The translations under genes were made by a program, and so were the position numbers. Under the pieces are notes generated by a model, which was not told where the DNA came from, ran no database searches, and saw only the letters and a program-made list of their open reading frames with translations. 64,000 nt of DNA from Polyangiaceae bacterium (lineage in GTDB: Bacteria > Myxococcota_A > Polyangia > Polyangiales > Polyangiaceae): assembly GCA_044376115.1 (NCBI GenBank), contig JBILLK010000005.1:32001-96000 (forward strand), given 5' to 3'. This document shows positions 41,635 to 51,524 of this stretch, piece after piece (the stretch's first letter is position 1; the number at the start of each line of letters is the position of its first letter).

Positions 41635-42704
41635 CAGTTGCCGACCTTCGGATTGAAGTACACCCCGCGCATCCAACGTGCTCCCGTGAAGGAAGTTCGA
41701 GCGTGCAGCATGCGGTGATTGTCGTAGATGAGGTAGTCCCCTTCACGGAGCAGGAACCTCCTCTGGTTGGCCGGATTGCGAACTAGACGAGCGAAGCGGT
41801 CATAGGCTCGATAGAATCCATCCATTCTGGAGAACGGCACGCGGTGCGGGGCCAAGGTAAAGTAGGAGTAGCGGATCAGAAAGTCCTGGCCGTGGCCCTG
41901 AAAAATAGGGCTCTTTACGATGCTCTCGAAGTTCTTCTGCCGTCTGTGGAAGATTACTGGTGTATCGCGAAGGATCTCATAGGCGTACTGGTCCTCCTGT
42001 TGCAAGAGCTCGGCTGCTGCAAGACCATCCACGATAGCGTTCTCACCGCCGCTGTCAGCCACTTGGAGGTTCTGTAGTAATTGATAGCGCGGTGGCGCCT
42101 CGAGGAAGGGCTGGTCCGTATGCAACTCCACGGCCGCATCGGTGTAGCCGAGTTGGTCGGTGTTCTGGTTCGTGGTGTTGTCTGTGCGCAGGTCCTCAAT
42201 CCTTCCGAAGTGCGTCCCCACTACTTCGAATCCCCACTTCTCCCAAGCCGCGATGAGTGGCTCCGTAAGCTGCTCCGGCGCCTCACGGGTCGACCCACGG
42301 ACTATCGCGACACCGTGGCTACGGAGACGCTCTGATGCCTGGTGGATCGCGCTGTCAATGTCAGCGCTTACGACCTCCACCTCGGACAGGCTGGTGGGAA
42401 GAGTGGGCGGGTAGGTTCGACCGCTCGCGTAAGCGTGTTGTTGCAGCCACGCCAGCGCATAGCGGCTCTCGCGGCCATCATGGGTCCAGACAACGTGAAG
42501 CCGGTCACCACTGACGAACGCACGCTTAACCTCCAACGTATCGGGAAGCTCTGACGAGCAGACGATTCGTTCATTGGTCAGCGGGTGCCGGTCGAGGTCA
42601 CAAGCGTGCCTAAGCCACCGATAATGAAAGTCAGCTGGCCCGTTCGCCAGCTGAATACGAAGCCACCCGCGCGACAGTGCCACGTTTTCTTGAGTGGAGA
42701 CCAT
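41634..42704 (-). CDS. TauD/TfdA family 2-oxoglutarate/Fe(II) dioxygenase, gamma-butyrobetaine hydroxylase-like
   Basis: N-terminal 'WLRHAC..H' and 'W..DGRESRY...WL'; LHTD; 'DNHRMLHAR..F.G.R'. Confidence 0.9.
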   Translation of the reverse strand: MVSTQENVALSRGWLRIQLANGPADFHYRWLRHACDLDRHPLTNERIVCSSELPDTLEVKRAFVSGDRLHVVWTHDGRESRYALAWLQQHAYASGRTYPPTLPTSLSEVEVVSADIDSAIHQASERLRSHGVAIVRGSTREAPEQLTEPLIAAWEKWGFEVVGTHFGRIEDLRTDNTTNQNTDQLGYTDAAVELHTDQPFLEAPPRYQLLQNLQVADSGGENAIVDGLAAAELLQQEDQYAYEILRDTPVIFHRRQKNFESIVKSPIFQGHGQDFLIRYSYFTLAPHRVPFSRMDGFYRAYDRFARLVRNPANQRRFLLREGDYLIYDNHRMLHARTSFTGARWMRGVYFNPKVGN

Positions 42705-42821
42705 GCATCCAATATAACGGAGCTGCTGGTTTTGGCGATGAAAACATGAGCGATGCGACGAAACTGCATTCGCTCTTTGCTTGAGCGAACGCACCACTCG
42801 ACCCGCGCTGGACCATTTTGG

Positions 42822-42850
42822 TTGCACATTTCTGCAATATTGGACATGAT
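42822..42850 (+). promoter_or_regulatory. Putative sigma70 promoter of the peroxiredoxin gene with overlapping inverted repeat
   Basis: TTGCAC-N17-CATGAT; TTGCA-N6-TGCAA at 42822-42837; RBS AAGGAG downstream. Confidence 0.45.
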
Positions 42851-42877
42851 GGCGTGATAGTAAACAAGGAGCTGGTG

Positions 42878-43516
42878 ATGACTCTTCGCCTCGGTAGTCT
42901 TGCCCCGGATTTCGCCCAAGATTCCACGGTTGGTCGGCTGAACTTCCACGAATGGCTCGGCGCCTCGTGGGGAATACTTTTCTCCCACCCGAAGGATTTT
43001 ACTCCAGTGTGCACCACCGAGCTCGGCGCTGCCGCCAAGCTCAAGCCCGAGTTTGATAAGCGGAACGTCAAGATTGCAGCTCTCTCGGTGGACCCGGTCG
43101 ACTCGCATCAAAAGTGGATCGGCGACATCGAGGAGACTCAGGCAACGAAGGTCAACTACCCAATCTTTGCCGACGCAGATCGAACGATCTCAAACTTGTA
43201 CGATATGATTCACCCCGAGGCGAATGACACGTTGACGGTGCGATCCGTGTTTGTGATCGACCCCAACCGAAAGATCCGCGCCATCATCACTTACCCTGCA
43301 AGCACTGGTCGAAACTTTGACGAGATCCTGCGCTTGGTGGACTCGCTGCAGCTCACCGATAGCCACTCCGTGGCTACGCCGGTCAACTGGAAGGACGGGG
43401 ACGACGTGGTGATTGTCCCGTCGCTTCAGGACCCGGAGCTGATCGCGAAGAAGTTTCCCAAAGGCTTTACGGCCGTCCGCCCATACTTGCGACTAACTCC
43501 CCAACCGAACAAGTAG
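42878..43516 (+). CDS. 1-Cys peroxiredoxin (Prx6 family)
   Basis: FSHPKDFTPVCTTE, YPASTGRNFDE, ATPVNW. Confidence 0.95.
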   Translation: MTLRLGSLAPDFAQDSTVGRLNFHEWLGASWGILFSHPKDFTPVCTTELGAAAKLKPEFDKRNVKIAALSVDPVDSHQKWIGDIEETQATKVNYPIFADADRTISNLYDMIHPEANDTLTVRSVFVIDPNRKIRAIITYPASTGRNFDEILRLVDSLQLTDSHSVATPVNWKDGDDVVIVPSLQDPELIAKKFPKGFTAVRPYLRLTPQPNK

Positions 43517-43549
43517 TGCGAACCATCCGCAATAGCAGACGGAGGAACG

Positions 43550-43846
43550 ATGAAAGCTCTCGTGGTTGGTGGGGATCGAACGGACGCATTCGCCAAAGCC
43601 CTGGAGGAAGCCGCCATAACCTTCTCTGCCCACTGGCATGGGCGGAAGCCCAAGGAGGCGCGCAGGGCGATCCCCACGGGGGTCGACTTGATCGTAATTG
43701 TCTGGGACCGGGTGAGCCACCCACTGTCCGAGAGCGTTCGACTACAAGCTGAGGCTCGGGGTATCCCGCTTTTGTTTTGCCGCTCAGGAGCTGACCTCAA
43801 GCGTAAACTGATCGAGCGTGCGGACGGTTTGCAGGTAGCCTGCTAA
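43550..43846 (+). CDS. DUF2325 family protein
   Basis: 'ALVVGGD...HW.GR...IP..VDLIV...D.VSH...A...GIP'; RBS GGAGG. Confidence 0.8.
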   Translation: MKALVVGGDRTDAFAKALEEAAITFSAHWHGRKPKEARRAIPTGVDLIVIVWDRVSHPLSESVRLQAEARGIPLLFCRSGADLKRKLIERADGLQVAC

Positions 43847-43998
43847 TGCCTACTAAGCGGGCCTTGCGACCAGGTTGCGATAGCGCGTTTCCGTGGGATG
43901 GTCAGCTCTCGCGCGGCGTAGTTAGCGTCGAGGTATGGATTTGTAGGCACACAAGGTAGTTGCCGCATCATGCCGCGACGCGTTATTGCGTTGAGACG

Positions 43999-46900
43999 AT
44001 GATTCGCAAGCTGTCACCGCTGCATGAGCCTGCCTTCGAGAAGGATGCGTGTGGGGTTGGGTTCCTAGTCCACAAGAAGGGACACCGGTCGCACTCGATC
44101 GTCGACCGAGCTCTGTTAGCGCTGGAGCGGCTTGAGCATCGTGGGGCTTCAGGACGCGAAGCTGAGTCGGGGGACGGGGCGGGGATTCTCGTACAACTTC
44201 CCGATCGCCTTTTTCAGCGTGAGGCCGCGATGGGGCGGATTGAGCACGAAGGCAAGCCGATCCCCAAGCTCCCGGCCGAGGGCGGTTACGCGGTTGGCTT
44301 GTTCATGGGCAGTCAGGACGTTCAGTCGAGCGCTCTAGCCAAGCTGATCTTCGCAATGATCGCTAGGCAAGAAGGGCTGCGCTTGCTCGGTTGGCGCCGC
44401 GTCCCAACCGACAATCGCGAGCTTGGCTCCACTGCGCGCTCTGTCGAGCCGACGATGGACCACGTCTTCTTAGCGCCGTCCCAAGAGGGGGTTTCAGAGG
44501 ACGCCTTCGAGCGGCGCCTATTCGTAGTGCGCAAACGCTTCCAGGTGGCCATCAAGTCGAGTGGTATTGATGATCGGCAGTTCTTCCACATCGCGAGCCT
44601 CTCGTCTCGCACGTTGGTTTACAAGGGTATGCTTACACCCCGTCAGGTGCGGGAGTACTTCGGCGATCTGACGGACCCAAAAATGGAATCAGCGATTGCG
44701 CTGTTCCACTCGCGGTTCTCGACAAATACCTTTCCAAGCTGGGAGCTGGCCCATCCCTATCGGCTGATCGCCCATAACGGGGAGATCAATACGTTGCGGG
44801 GTAACGTCAACTGGATGCGTGCTCGAGAGGCACTGCTCGCCTCACCCTTGTTTGGTGCGGATATTGAAAAGATCCTACCCATCGTTCATGAGGGCCTCAG
44901 CGACTCAGCATGTCTCGACAGTGTTCTTGAGCTGCTGGTTCGATCGGGCCGGTCCCTCGCTCATGCAATGCTAATGCTGTTGCCTGAGGCCTGGGAGCAC
45001 AATGCCGCATTGTCTCCAGAGGTCAGGGCCTTCTACCAGTTTCACGCGTGTCTGATTGAGCCTTGGGATGGCCCAGCTTGTGTTTCATTCACTGATGGCA
45101 TTCAGATTGGCGCCGTGCTCGATCGCAATGGACTTCGACCTGGTCGCTACGTTGTAACTGACGATGACTTGATCATGCTCGCGAGCGAGAGCGGCGTACT
45201 CGACGTGGCGCCAGAGCACGTGCTCGAACGGGGGCGGCTGATGCCCGGCCACATGTTTTTGGTGGACACTCGTGAAGGTCGCGTTATCCCCGATAGCGAG
45301 ATCAAGGCCTCTATGGCCGCGGCAGCACCCTACGCGGTGTGGCTTGGGCAGCACCTAATTCCTCTTGCAAGCCTGCCAGCTGGGGACGAGGTCCCAGTGC
45401 TCAAGCCAGAGGAGCTAAAGCGGCGGTTGGTCGCGTTTGGCGTCTCCGAAGAAGAGCTGCGAATGGTGGTCGCGCCAATGGCCTCTCAGGGCGAAGAGCC
45501 AACCTACTCAATGGGTAATGACGCTGCCCTTGCGATCCTTTCAAGTCAGCCACGCCCGCTGTCGGACTACTTCAAGCAGCTTTTTGCACAGGTAACGAAT
45601 CCTCCGCTCGATGCAATACGCGAGAAGATCGTCACGAGCCTAGCCACTGCAATTGGACCCGAGGGCAATCTACTGGAGGCGCGCCCTGAAAGCGCGCACC
45701 TCGTGCTGTGCGATACCCCATTCCTGAATAATGAAGAGCTCGCTCGCTTTCGGCGGATAGCTCACTTCGGCGATGGGCCCTTCGGAGTCACAGTTCTCGA
45801 CATGGTCTTCCCCGTCGACGAGGGGAGTGAAGGTTTGGAGCCGGCGCTTTCCGCTCTGTTCGCAAAGGCGGACAACGCAATCGCAGATGGATCCAAGGTG
45901 CTGGTACTCTCCGATCGTGCCGTAAGCGGAAGTGTTGCGCCTATCCCGGCTTTGCTCGCCGTTGCCGGACTCCATAACCATCTCGTGCGCGAAAAGCGTC
46001 GAACACGAGTAACCCTTATCGTCGAGACGGGAGCTTTGCGTGAAGTTCATCAGGCCGCACTGCTACTTGGTTATGGTGCTAGTGCCGTCAATCCCTACTT
46101 GATATTGGATACCCTGCCAAGCTTGAGCGCGCGCGGATTCATTCCGAACTCCTGCGATGACGAGGCGCTGCGAAAGAACTTCCTTCGCGCAATCGAGAAA
46201 GGCGTCGTGAAGGTGATGAGCAAGATGGGTATCAGTACGGTGGCCAGCTACCGCGGTGCCCAGATATTCGAGGCGGTAGGCCTTGGGCCAGAGTTGATAG
46301 ACCGTTATTTTACGCAGACTCCTTCCCGTATCGGTGGTGTCGGGGTGAGAGACGTCGCGGCCGAAGCTCTGACTCATCATCGACGGGCCTATGAAAGTCG
46401 GAAATTGCCGTTGCTCACCACCGGAGGTCAGCTGGAGTGGCGGCAGGATGGGGAGCTGCACCTGTTCAATCCAGAGACTGTCTATAAGCTGCAACACGCT
46501 ACGCGCACTCGAAAGCGAGAGGTCTTTAGGGCCTATGCCCGTGCCGTTGACGAGCAAGGAGAGCGGGGCTGCACGCTTCGTAGCGTACTACAAATCAAGA
46601 AGGTTCGTGCCCCCGTCCCGCTCGAGGAAGTGGAGCCGGTTGAGCAGATACTCCCCCGCTTCGCGACCGGAGCGATGAGCTTTGGCAGCATCAGCCAGGA
46701 GGCGCATGAGACTTTGGCGATAGCCATGAATCGCTTGGGGGGCCGCTCAAACTCCGGTGAAGGTGGCGAGGATTCCCGTCGGATGCAGCGCGACGACAAC
46801 GGTGATTGGCGACGGTCAGCAATCAAGCAAGTAGCGAGCGCCCGATTTGGCGTGACTAGCTACTACCTGACCCATGCGGATGAGCTCCAGATCAAGATGG

Positions 46901-48585
46901 CTCAAGGCGCAAAGCCCGGAGAGGGAGGGCAGCTCCCTGGTCACAAGGTATACCCACATATTGCAGCTGTGCGTCACTCGACGCCTGGGGTAACTCTGAT
47001 AAGCCCACCTCCCCACCACGACATCTATTCAATCGAGGACCTCGCGCAGCTCATTTATGATTTGCGAGCAGCAAACTCCCGTGCGCGGATCTCCGTAAAG
47101 CTTGTTGCGGAGGTTGGCGTTGGGACGGTTGCTGCTGGTGTGGTCAAGGCAAAGAGCGATGTCGTCTTGATCGCCGGCCATGACGGCGGAACAGGAGCGA
47201 GTCCCGTTACGTCCATTCGCCACGCTGGGGCCCCGTGGGAACTTGGGCTGGCTGAAACGCAGCAAGTGCTGGTGAAAAACGGGCTGAGGGACAGAGTCGT
47301 CCTTCAGGTCGATGGCCAAATGAAGACCCCGCGTGATGTTTTGATCGGCGCACTTCTCGGCGCTGAGGAGTTTGGGTTCGCCACCGCACCGCTGGTGGTC
47401 ATGGGCTGCGTGATGATGAGAGTGTGTCACCTCGATACCTGCCCGGTAGGGATCGCGACCCAGAACCCAACCCTTCGAGAGCGATTCACTGGTAGGGCGG
47501 AGCACGTGGTTGCGTTCTTCCGTTTCATCGCGGAGGAGTTGCGCGTCATGATGGCCGAGCTCGGGTTCCGTTCAATGGATGAGTTGATTGGGCGGGTCGA
47601 CCTATTGCAACAGCGGGAATCGCACCACCCCAAAGCCTCTAAGGTGGATTTGAGCGGAGTCCTCGACAGCGGGCACCTCGTGGACGGAGAGAGCCGTTCT
47701 GCTTTGCGCTCGCGCAGAGATGGAGCAGCCCGGCTGATGGGTCAACCCGTCAATGAGCGTCGACTTACAGCCGTTGAGGAGCTCCTGCAGAACGGAGCGG
47801 AGCCGGCGCTCTTTTATCGCGAAGCGGTGGTCATTCAGGCCAGCATTACCAATCAAGACCGCGCGCTTGGAACGCGCTTGGGACATGAGCTTACCAAGCG
47901 CTACGGTGAGGAGGGCCTTCCGGAAGCAACGATTCGCGTACACCTTCGCGGCTCGGCCGGACAGAGCCTTGGGGCGTTTGCGCCCAAAGGTCTGATGATT
48001 GTGTGTGAAGGCGACGCCAACGACTATGTTGGTAAGGGCCTTTCGGGGGCCGTGCTAGCGGTTAGGCCGCCCAAGGGTACCTCGTTCATTGCGGAGAAGA
48101 ACGTTATCGTCGGCAATGTCGCGCTCTATGGCGCGACTTCAGGGCGCGCTTTCTTTTGCGGGCGAGCGGGAGAGCGTTTTGCGGTGCGCAATAGCGGTGC
48201 CAGTGCAGTCGTCGAAGGCTGTGGCGCGCACGGCTGTGAATACATGACAGGCGGTATCGTCCTGGTGCTGGGCCGTACGGGGCGGAACTTCGGCGCTGGA
48301 ATGAGCGGCGGAGTTGCTTATGTCTTGGACTCCGACGGTACATTTCCCACCCTGTGCAACCCCGAGATGGTGTCCACCTCGTCCCCAGATGAAGCCGACA
48401 TGGCGCAGATCTGTACGCTATTGAAGGAGCACGTTGAGCTGACAGAGAGTGCGCTCGGCCAGCGGCTGCTTAGTGATGGCCAGGCCGCTCTATCTTCGAA
48501 GTTTGTCAAGGTCATGCCCCGCACAGCATTGGGTACTCAAGTCACAGCCAAGGTCTCGGAGGTTCCCCATGTCGCTGCCGAGTGA
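43999..48585 (+). CDS. gltB: Glutamate synthase large subunit
   Basis: DACGVGF, HSRFSTNT, HNGEINT, EPWDGPA, GAMSFGS, KMAQGAKPGEGG, CxxxxxCHxxxC, GXGXG domain. Confidence 0.97.
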   Translation: MIRKLSPLHEPAFEKDACGVGFLVHKKGHRSHSIVDRALLALERLEHRGASGREAESGDGAGILVQLPDRLFQREAAMGRIEHEGKPIPKLPAEGGYAVGLFMGSQDVQSSALAKLIFAMIARQEGLRLLGWRRVPTDNRELGSTARSVEPTMDHVFLAPSQEGVSEDAFERRLFVVRKRFQVAIKSSGIDDRQFFHIASLSSRTLVYKGMLTPRQVREYFGDLTDPKMESAIALFHSRFSTNTFPSWELAHPYRLIAHNGEINTLRGNVNWMRAREALLASPLFGADIEKILPIVHEGLSDSACLDSVLELLVRSGRSLAHAMLMLLPEAWEHNAALSPEVRAFYQFHACLIEPWDGPACVSFTDGIQIGAVLDRNGLRPGRYVVTDDDLIMLASESGVLDVAPEHVLERGRLMPGHMFLVDTREGRVIPDSEIKASMAAAAPYAVWLGQHLIPLASLPAGDEVPVLKPEELKRRLVAFGVSEEELRMVVAPMASQGEEPTYSMGNDAALAILSSQPRPLSDYFKQLFAQVTNPPLDAIREKIVTSLATAIGPEGNLLEARPESAHLVLCDTPFLNNEELARFRRIAHFGDGPFGVTVLDMVFPVDEGSEGLEPALSALFAKADNAIADGSKVLVLSDRAVSGSVAPIPALLAVAGLHNHLVREKRRTRVTLIVETGALREVHQAALLLGYGASAVNPYLILDTLPSLSARGFIPNSCDDEALRKNFLRAIEKGVVKVMSKMGISTVASYRGAQIFEAVGLGPELIDRYFTQTPSRIGGVGVRDVAAEALTHHRRAYESRKLPLLTTGGQLEWRQDGELHLFNPETVYKLQHATRTRKREVFRAYARAVDEQGERGCTLRSVLQIKKVRAPVPLEEVEPVEQILPRFATGAMSFGSISQEAHETLAIAMNRLGGRSNSGEGGEDSRRMQRDDNGDWRRSAIKQVASARFGVTSYYLTHADELQIKMAQGAKPGEGGQLPGHKVYPHIAAVRHSTPGVTLISPPPHHDIYSIEDLAQLIYDLRAANSRARISVKLVAEVGVGTVAAGVVKAKSDVVLIAGHDGGTGASPVTSIRHAGAPWELGLAETQQVLVKNGLRDRVVLQVDGQMKTPRDVLIGALLGAEEFGFATAPLVVMGCVMMRVCHLDTCPVGIATQNPTLRERFTGRAEHVVAFFRFIAEELRVMMAELGFRSMDELIGRVDLLQQRESHHPKASKVDLSGVLDSGHLVDGESRSALRSRRDGAARLMGQPVNERRLTAVEELLQNGAEPALFYREAVVIQASITNQDRALGTRLGHELTKRYGEEGLPEATIRVHLRGSAGQSLGAFAPKGLMIVCEGDANDYVGKGLSGAVLAVRPPKGTSFIAEKNVIVGNVALYGATSGRAFFCGRAGERFAVRNSGASAVVEGCGAHGCEYMTGGIVLVLGRTGRNFGAGMSGGVAYVLDSDGTFPTLCNPEMVSTSSPDEADMAQICTLLKEHVELTESALGQRLLSDGQAALSSKFVKVMPRTALGTQVTAKVSEVPHVAAE

Positions 48586-50086
48586 GCCGAAACGACGCTA
48601 CCTACCATTTATAGACACTCCGAGAGTAGGACCGCAGAAGCGGAAGGTTGCCGAACGGCTCGGCGACAGTCTCGAGTTTGAAACGGTTCAAGTGGGTAGC
48701 GCGTTGGCCGAACAGGCTGGGCGCTGCATGAACTGCGGCATTCCCTTCTGTCACAATGGATGCCCGCTGGGGAACTTTATTCCAGAGTGGAATCGGCTCG
48801 TTTCGCAGGGCCTTTATGAGGCGGCTGTGGAACGGCTGCATGCGACCAACAACTTCCCGGAGTTCACTGGTCGGCTATGCCCCGCGCCATGTGAAGCGGC
48901 TTGTGTAGTGGCCATTTCAGGTGAGGCCGTATCGATCAAGCAGGTAGAGCTTTCGTTGGCGGAGCGAGCAGAGCAGCTCGAGGCTGCACAGTCTGAAAAA
49001 GCTGACTCGGAGCCGCCGGCAAGTAGCGCGCCCCTGTCGACGATGCGCCCGAGGCGTCGCGTTGCCATTGTCGGCTCGGGACCTTCAGGGCTGGCGTGCG
49101 CGGCCGAGCTCTGCGACTTCGGCTTTGACGTTACGGTGTTCGAGCGAGACGACAAGCCAGGTGGACTGCTTCGATACGGAATACCTGACTTCAAGATGCA
49201 TAAGTCCCATCTCGATCGCCGGATTGGCAAGATGTCTCGGGACGGAGTGCGCTTTGTATGCGGAGTCGATGTCGGCGCGGACCTAAGCGCGGCCGAGCTA
49301 CTCGCGCAATATGACGCCATCGCCCTCGCAGTGGGGGCGCTGGAAGCACGTCCGTTGAGTGTGCCGGGCGCTGAGTGTCACGGCGTCGTTCCGGCTATGC
49401 GCTATTTAACGCGACAGAATCGTATTGTCGCCGGAGAGCCTGACAATGAACCTGCACTGTCGGCAGCTGGCAAGCACGTGGTCATTCTAGGCGGCGGGGA
49501 TACTGGGGCCGATTGCCTTGGAACGGCGCTTCGTCAGGGAGCTGCAAGCGTGACTCAGCTGGAGCTTATGTCGCGACCAGGCTCCAGCAGGGCAGAGGAC
49601 AACCCGTGGCCTGAATGGCCGTTGGTGTTTCGCACCTCTTCGGCCCACGAAGAGGGAGGAGTACGAGAATATGGGCTCATGACCACGTCGGTGGAGGGAG
49701 CGAATGGCCGCGCTGAGAGGCTGGTTGTGCGCGAAGCACAGCGCAGCCCGGATGGCACCTTCTCGCCTACTGGCGCCGAGCGTCGGTTGCGGGCTGACTT
49801 AGTCCTGCTGGCGACCGGGTTCGTCGGCCCCTGGAAACGTCCCTTCTACGCCGAGCTTGGCTTAACGTTGGGAGCCAACCAACGACTGGTTGCTGATGAC
49901 AAGGGCGTTACCGCTGTTCCCAACGTTTTTGTTATGGGTGACGCACGTCGGGGCCCATCGCTAGTGGTGTGGGCTATCGCCGAGGGGCGTCACTGCGCTC
50001 GTTCCATTCAAGCAACCTTTGAGCTGCCTTACGGAGCCGTGAACAGGCAGCGAGTGACCGGGATGCCAATGTCCGATAGGACATAG
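48569..50086 (+). CDS. gltD: Glutamate synthase small subunit
   Basis: RCMNCGIPFC..GCP, NNFPEFTGRLCPAPCE, GSGPSG, GGGDTGADC, SLVVWAI; RBS GGAGG; overlaps gltB end. Confidence 0.95.
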   Translation: MSLPSEPKRRYLPFIDTPRVGPQKRKVAERLGDSLEFETVQVGSALAEQAGRCMNCGIPFCHNGCPLGNFIPEWNRLVSQGLYEAAVERLHATNNFPEFTGRLCPAPCEAACVVAISGEAVSIKQVELSLAERAEQLEAAQSEKADSEPPASSAPLSTMRPRRRVAIVGSGPSGLACAAELCDFGFDVTVFERDDKPGGLLRYGIPDFKMHKSHLDRRIGKMSRDGVRFVCGVDVGADLSAAELLAQYDAIALAVGALEARPLSVPGAECHGVVPAMRYLTRQNRIVAGEPDNEPALSAAGKHVVILGGGDTGADCLGTALRQGAASVTQLELMSRPGSSRAEDNPWPEWPLVFRTSSAHEEGGVREYGLMTTSVEGANGRAERLVVREAQRSPDGTFSPTGAERRLRADLVLLATGFVGPWKRPFYAELGLTLGANQRLVADDKGVTAVPNVFVMGDARRGPSLVVWAIAEGRHCARSIQATFELPYGAVNRQRVTGMPMSDRT

Positions 50087-51426
50087 AGGTAGTAGGTCTG
50101 CCCAGTGCTAAGCGCCGGAGCTGCACCGCTTGGCACCCGTTTCCGCATATCCCCCGTTAGTTCGCCATACTTGATACCCGTGTTGAAGGGCGCAGCCGTG
50201 TTCGGCACATCCACGAACCAAATGGTGCCGGCGGGCTGGTCAAGGTTGGGAGGTACCCCTGGATTGTTGGCGCTCGGTTCAAGAATGTAAAGATAACGAG
50301 CGGTTCCCCCAGTCCATTGAACCGTGCCGTCGGGGGCGAGACCCTGACCGGCCTCGCATGCGCTTGGCACGTAGTCCAGTTGGTCCACCAGTGGTCCACC
50401 GAACGGAGGGATCGTCTCTGCGTCTGCCAGGGAATAGCCTCTACGCTCCCACTCAGAAGTGAAGAGCGTGCGCATCCGCTCGTTGTCTGTCGTTGGCACG
50501 CCGACGACAGTACGGTCGAAGCCATTGTTGTCAGCCTTGTCAAAGGCGCCAAATGCGCGCGAATCAGCGAGACCTGCCATCATCGCAATGCCCGTATCTG
50601 AAATAGAATCCAGCCAGATACCATCTGCTTCAACGAACCACTGCGATGCTCCGTCGGGAGCTAGCGCTGTGGAATGGCAGCAGATGCAAGCACTGGCTTC
50701 GACCTGCTGGCGAGCCCAATCCACTTCTGCCATGTAAACCGCGTCATCGAGTCGCGCGTCCTCTGGGGAGGTGGTTCCGGCTGGTGCAGTTGCGTAATAA
50801 GGCCGCTGCGTCAGTACGTCCTCGCAAGAGGCGTAGTCTGAGTAACGGCGCCCTTCCTCGGTAGACGCCGAGATCAAAGTCCATGTGCAGACCTGCCCAT
50901 CGGGGCCCTGCCCAACCGGCTCCCCCTCGAGCGGATCTTTGCATACCTGATAAGGCTGCACAAATACGCTGGCGCTACCGCCTCCGCCGCCTACGACACC
51001 TTCGCAGGTTAGGCCGGGTTCAAAGACACCCTGGGCGAATACCTCGCAGCCCATCTTCGAGCTTTCACAAGCTGTACTGTCCGTGCCCGGGGAAACTAAC
51101 TCATATTCGTAGACTGTATCGGCGGCCACAACACAGCTACCGAGCGTTGCCGGGTAGTCGCATTGTCCGCCCTCGGTGAAGGTGCCCGGCGCGCCCAGCA
51201 CACCAGTCTCACAATCGGTTCCGGCCGCCTCTAGCGTCCAGGTAGCCCCAATGTAGAGCTTGCACTCTTCGCTGTTGGAAAATGGATTCGTGTAGCTACA
51301 TGAGCCCACCGCGAGCGGGCTAGGCTCGGGTTCCGGGGTCGACTCGGTCGAAGATTCTTCTCCGCAAGCGAGAGCAAGGCATGAGGTGGAAACGAACCAA
51401 GCGAGGCGAGCGAGACGTCGAACCAT
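50029..51426 (-). CDS. Cys-rich hypothetical lipoprotein with one CxxCH motif
   Basis: Lipobox LALAC; CICCH at about 50674-50688. Confidence 0.75.
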   Translation of the reverse strand: MVRRLARLAWFVSTSCLALACGEESSTESTPEPEPSPLAVGSCSYTNPFSNSEECKLYIGATWTLEAAGTDCETGVLGAPGTFTEGGQCDYPATLGSCVVAADTVYEYELVSPGTDSTACESSKMGCEVFAQGVFEPGLTCEGVVGGGGGSASVFVQPYQVCKDPLEGEPVGQGPDGQVCTWTLISASTEEGRRYSDYASCEDVLTQRPYYATAPAGTTSPEDARLDDAVYMAEVDWARQQVEASACICCHSTALAPDGASQWFVEADGIWLDSISDTGIAMMAGLADSRAFGAFDKADNNGFDRTVVGVPTTDNERMRTLFTSEWERRGYSLADAETIPPFGGPLVDQLDYVPSACEAGQGLAPDGTVQWTGGTARYLYILEPSANNPGVPPNLDQPAGTIWFVDVPNTAAPFNTGIKYGELTGDMRKRVPSGAAPALSTGQTYYLYVLSDIGIPVTRCLFTAP

Positions 51427-51524
51427 GTCTATGTATAGTCTTTGTTTGACCTTGTGCAAACCATGAATTTCAGCTCAGTGGGCCACGGGCCGATTCCATG
51501 CTCTAACCGCGAGCACGCAGAGCC

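Noticed and set aside
50029..50086. Short convergent 3' overlaps (gltD/lipoprotein and others)
   Set aside because: Common in compact GC-rich genomes; no evidence of function.
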